Origin: Vicugna vicugna
Taxonomy: Eukaryota
DNA: 64,000 nucleotides
Assembly: GCA_013265495.1 (NCBI GenBank)
Contig: MU060767.1
Coordinates: 6,993,546-7,057,545 of the forward strand
Reading direction: 5' to 3'
Within the stretch, counting starts at the first letter, position 1. Every line of letters begins with the position of its first letter. Positions 59,301 through 64,000 of the stretch are shown piece by piece. A program made the position numbers and the translations under genes. The notes beneath the pieces were generated by a model. It was given only the letters and a program-made list of their open reading frames with translations. It was not told the DNA's origin and searched no databases.

Positions 59301-60729
59301 AGATAGAAGAACACTAATGTAAAATTCTGGCTTCCCTCCACTTTCTAGGAAGAGGAAAGGTGACATGTTCCTAGACCACACAGATCTTAGAAATGGATGT
59401 TGAGGACACAGCTTTCCTGGGGCTCACGGTGAGGTCCAGGGATTTTTCACTGAAAGCTTTGACAGCTGGGGGAAAGCCAGGTTTGTTCAGTACTCGTAGG
59501 ATGAAGGATACATATTTTGAAAGAGAGATACCGGGACAGGTCCCAGTTTCTCTGTCTCATAAATGCTGAGTCTGTCACTCAGTGAGAATGATCGGTCCCT
59601 GTGATGTCTCTGAGTAGTATCTTAACAGAACAATATGAACTTTTCTCTCTGACTTTAGGAGATTGAAATAGAACCTAAGGTCAGAAAGGGTCAGGAAACT
59701 GGATGTAGTTTGTTTGTTTGCTTTTAAACAGTCAGACCAGAGTCATCCCAGCATGGACTGAGCCCCCTTTGGAGGGAAAGGCATGAGCTCACATCATCAG
59801 AGGTGTCCAGACTTGTTTTTAATGAGACTTCTCTGCAACGTTAGCAAGAATCGAAGACACTTGTGAGCAAGGAATGGACAGGGCAGTGGTTTGGGTGTCC
59901 TTCAAGGCTCACTTCAATCCCCAGAATCTGAATCTTAATTTAATCACCCGTATATGGGAATTTAAAAAAATCCTTCGCTCACAGAGAGTTCATGAGAATT
60001 GAAGATGCCTAACACTGCATGCCTATGGCAGGACCTTAATTAGCGCTGGTTCTCTTCTAGACAATCCAGCTTCCTGGAGCTGTGACTAACATTTTAAATA
60101 CGTGTTGTACTCCAAGGTGTCCACCTGAAATATCTTGGGAAGGAGAAATTTTAATAAGTGCATATGCTTACAATGGTGATATGCTGACGTTTAAAAGCAA
60201 TAATATTTGAACTGAGCAAGGAAAAAGGGCGGCACCCCATCGTGACTGCCCTGTGCAATCACCTCGACCCTTCTCTTGTTATAAGGCAAGATTATGCACC
60301 CAAGCCCAGAACGGCACTGCTTGCTTTGTTTGCAGGTGAGATCTAAGTCCAACGCCAGTCACTGATTTTTTTATGGTCCTGTTTGTTTAATGCTGCCACC
60401 AGAAAATAGAAATGAAAATCTCATGATTTTTCTCCATAACACTCATATTCAGACCTCTGCGAAGTACGAAACTCAGTCCTAAGAGAGCAGTATCAAAATA
60501 AAGTCCTCAACAGAGACACAAGGAAATCATCTTTTTCTTTGATTCCTAAGGAATGACTGTGAGTATTATGAAATTTTACTAAGTGTCCAAAAAAACCATT
60601 TGCTTAACATATCTTCAGTCTGCAAGTTAATGCATATATTTCTTCTAATTGTAAATAAAATATCAAAAAGAAGTGCCCTGCAACAAAATAAGATTATGAT
60701 AAAATATATTTGCCACATACACATCAACT

Positions 60730-61600
60730 AATGGCTTAAAGGAGCAGCATGCTAGCACTTTTCGGTATAAAACTATATTACACAGCAGCAATAATTAACA
60801 CAGCATGGTTCAAAGTCAGAGAAATGAATCAGTGACACAGAAGGAAAAACTTGTATGTGTAGGTACCGTATGACTATAACATATCACTGTATAAGTGAAA
60901 GGAAGGGACCATTTTATAAATGACATTTGTAAAATTAGCTAACTTTTGAGGAAATGAAAATTTCCAAGAATCTTTTGTATTTATATACTAGTATAGATTC
61001 TTAATGGAAAAAGGACTTAGATTTAATACAATAAAGCACAGAAAGTGAAAATAAAATCAACACTTTATAGATCATTTGAGGAGAGAATACTTATAAATTT
61101 TGAAGTGATATGAAGTCTTAAAGGAAAAATCCAACAGTTTTATCTCCTATAAAGTGAAAATGTTCTCTACAGTAAAGTAAAACCAAAAAAAATTTAAAAA
61201 TTTAGATTTGGATTCAGAAAACAAAAAAGGCATGAAACCATCAGTGAAGGTAATGATATTTTAAAAAATCTGTAGGATTTATATACATTTATAATAAAAA
61301 ATGCCAGATTATAATAGATCTATTAGTACAGAAAAATTCTCATGGAAGAACAAATTGTAATCAGAAATCAGAAAACAGATGGGACATTTTCATCTGCTAT
61401 ATAACCAAAAACAGAAAAATGGAGCAGTCTGATGTTTTAAACTTGTGATGAACTGGTAACTTGCTATGCTATGGGGGAACAATGAGAATCAATAGAAACC
61501 TTTTGGATATTAACACACAAAACATCGAGTCATGAAAATATTCAAGCCCTCTGAAAGCTTGATTATTAATATTAAGAATTAATATTAAGGAAGTTATTCA
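60730..61600 (+). mobile_element. Very degenerate L1M ORF2-end fragment
   Basis: aaaactatattacacagcagcaataattaacacagcatgg... A-rich, collinear with the L1 ORF2 end. Confidence 0.5.
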
Positions 61601-61609
61601 GTGGCAAAC

Positions 61610-62190
61610 CATCTGTTTAAAAAAAGTGTTAATATCCAAAATATATAAAAAACTCATCAACTCAATGACAAAAGAATAAGACTATCTGAGTAAGAAANNN
61701 NNNNNNNNNNNNNNNNNNNNNNNNNNNNNNNNNNNNNNNNNNNNNNNNNNNNNNNNNNNNNNNNNNNNNNNNNNNNNNNNNNNNNNNNNNNNNNNNNNNN
61801 NNNNNNNNNNNNNNNNNNNNNNNNNNNNCCTGTCAGATGGCTTTCATCAAGAAGACATGAGATAAGTAGTGCTGGGGAAGATATGAAGACAAGAGAACCC
61901 TTGTGTACGGTCGATGGGACTGTAATTTGGTCCCAGACACTATGAAAAACAGAATGGACTTTCCCCCAAAAATTAAAAGTAGAATTATCACATAGTTCAG
62001 TAATCTCACTTCTGGGTATATACCCAAAGGTATGAAAACAGGATATCAAAAAGATGTCTGCACCCTCATGTTTATTACAGCATCACTCACCATAGCCAAG
62101 ATATGGAAACTACCTAAATGTTTGTCCATGGATGAATGGACAAAGAAGATATGATATTCACACACATACACACACATACACACCACACAC
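61610..62190 (+). mobile_element. L1MA/MB-type 3' fragment spanning a gap and ending in (CA)n
   Basis: aatatccaaaatatataaaaaactcatcaactcaa...aatctcacttctgggtatatacccaaagg...atagccaagatatggaaactacctaaatg. Confidence 0.78.
61698..61828. other. Assembly gap (131 N) inside an L1 fragment
   Basis: Run of N with L1 sequence on both sides. Confidence 0.99.
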
Positions 62191-62679
62191 CTGAATTCAC
62201 AGGTCAAGGAAACAGCTATAAGTTTTTCGCTGGATTTTACCCCCTATCCTCTTTTTATGCATGCATTTGTATGAATTTTTTACAGATAAGATTATACTAT
62301 GTACGAAGTTTTAACAGTACATTTTCCTATCAATCTTGTATTTTTGGTTGTTCCCATATTAATTAAAAAATCCCAAGATGTCATTTGAATTGTTTTTAAT
62401 TGTTTGCTAGATTGTTTTGGTTAAAAAATTATAATTACGTGAAGAGGGATAGGGATAGTGAAGTTGCCTGGCTTGTACACGGTTCCATACAAAGTATGAT
62501 GATTATATTTAATCAGATCTGCCCTCAGAGAAGTTGTAAGGCTCCAAAGAGATGAAGCATTTAAATTCTAGCATAATCTCTGTCATTCAGTAGCAGGTGA
62601 ATAAGTGATTAGAGTGATAGGGGCATCTTTTGTCATATTACTTGGTTTTAGTTCTGGGTTCCTGGAATAACTTTAGAAA

Positions 62680-62840
62680 CATAAAGGTGAAATGGGTGTC
62701 CAATTTGCGTACAATTGTAGGATGCCTGGCTGATGTCTGAGAATTATTTGGTATGGGGAACTCTCCACACATTTGGTGACCAGAAGTGTCAGAAGTGCTC
62801 TGGACACAGGGTGTGAGAGTAAAGAAGAAACCTTCTTCTT
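62680..62840 (+). mobile_element. MER21-like LTR 3' fragment
   Basis: ggatgcctggctgatgtctgagaattatttggtatggggaactctccacacatttggtgaccagaag...gtgtgagagtaaagaagaaacc. Confidence 0.55.
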
Positions 62841-63034
62841 CAGGGTATTTACTCAATGATTTCTTTAGCATAAATTCCTAGGGGTGATAGGCACAGAGAA
62901 CGTGTTAAAATTTTTCAAACATGTCATTAACATGTCATTAACAAGTAAGGTGGTACTAGGCTCTGGTCCTATATAGCACACTGAGGGTACCAGTTTCCAA
63001 AACTCTTACCAGCACTGGGTATCGTGCCTCTTAG

Positions 63035-63058
63035 TCATTCATTCATTCATTCATTCAT
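63035..63058. repeat. (TCAT)6 microsatellite
   Basis: Direct read. Probably an L2 tail remnant. Confidence 0.9.
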
Positions 63059-64000
63059 ATTTGCCAAACTGATAGTCAAATAATACCTTTTTAATTTTCA
63101 TGCACATGACTACAAGGAAGCTGAGACTAATTTACAGGCTTATTGGCCAACGTGTTTTTCTTTCATGTTCAGAGTGTCTGTGCTTCTCCCAACCAAAGCA
63201 TGTTGCTTTCCAAAATCTTAACTTCTCGTTTCCATCGCTGTGTTGCCACCAGGATTTCAGACTCTGTATTCATAATGACAAGGACAGCAGAAGGCTCTCA
63301 GTTGTACCTTTGGAAAGAGTGACAAGCATCTAAGTATCCTGTGAGGCAGCGAGGGGCCCCGGGGCAGCCAAGTGTCTGATTCGTGTCTTTGCATTTCCTG
63401 TCTTGGAATCCCTTTTGCTGGTGAGCCTCAGTCCCCTGGGAAGAGAAAGCTTGTCTGCTATGTTTCCTGTCTGGTGGCTATGTGGGTGTTGGCTCAGCTT
63501 CCCCCAGAACTCCCCCAGAAATCAGGACTCCTCCTCTCTTAGCTGGTTCCTACTTCCAGGGGAGGAGAGGCTGGGATGGGAAGAACTGGGCTGTCTTCTG
63601 CTTCCGTCGTACCAGGTGAGTGAGAAAAGAATGAGTCTGGGTCTTCAGGACTTATCAGGGGTGAACAGGGGAGAAAGTCATCGAGACCATTCAAGACAGA
63701 CTGGCATCTTCACAGAGAGAAAGCTGGGCTACCAGGTATCAAACTTCCAATTCTCTGCAGGAGGTGATGGTAGGTTTTATATACACCATCATTTCACCTT
63801 TGTACCTGGTGGGCAAGAGGTGTGCATTATAGTCACCATTTATAGATCATGAAACTAAGCCTTGAGCTTCAGCTGTTTCTTTTTGTCATGACTCTGATTC
63901 CATCTGGCTTTTGACTGTTTTGTCTCTCCAAATCCTAGCAGATTAAGAGTCCCATAAGGAATTCACGGGCATCTTCCTCTTATGTGTGAGATAGCACCTG

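Noticed and set aside
62918-62943. 11-bp tandem duplication aacatgtcatt x2
   Set aside because: A small slippage event inside a decayed L1 fragment with no functional context.
1-64000. CRISPR arrays, prokaryotic operons, contaminant or horizontally transferred DNA, intact ERV or L1 ORFs, and a second protein-coding gene after 40 kb
   Set aside because: I saw no repeat-spacer array, no long intact ORF other than the CDH11 exons, and no abrupt non-mammalian composition. All retroelements are truncated or decayed.

Overview
Mammalian genomic DNA, very probably camelid: it carries a Vic-1-type tRNA-Ala-derived SINE and cetartiodactyl-type L1 3' ends, and I saw no Alu, Bov-tA, BovB or PRE1. The window holds the 3' part of the type II classical cadherin gene CDH11 (cadherin-11/OB-cadherin) on the + strand. 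Nine coding exons (human numbering 5-13) lie between 730 and the TAA stop at 37660-37662, all visible junctions are GT-AG and their phases are mutually compatible. Exon 6 is largely hidden in an N gap and is missed by the ORF track. A probable long 3' UTR runs to a distal poly(A) signal near 40.04 kb, followed by about 24 kb of repeat-rich intergenic DNA with no other gene I can support. The rest is old interspersed repeats (L1, L2, MIR, MER2-like, MER5A, MER20, MER96B-like, MER34-like and MLT2 LTRs), microsatellites and five assembly gaps. I found no evidence of a new multi-gene system. The most interesting signals are small: a 3'-truncated U6 snRNA retrocopy with a 15-bp target-site duplication, a twin-primed (5'-inverted) L1 that splits a MER20 transposon, a candidate poison/soluble-isoform exon in a CpG-enriched part of intron 11, and a candidate alternative-polyadenylation/miRNA-site layout in the 3' UTR. 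Repeat family names come from my memory of consensus sequences; their boundaries are approximate unless a TSD is given.
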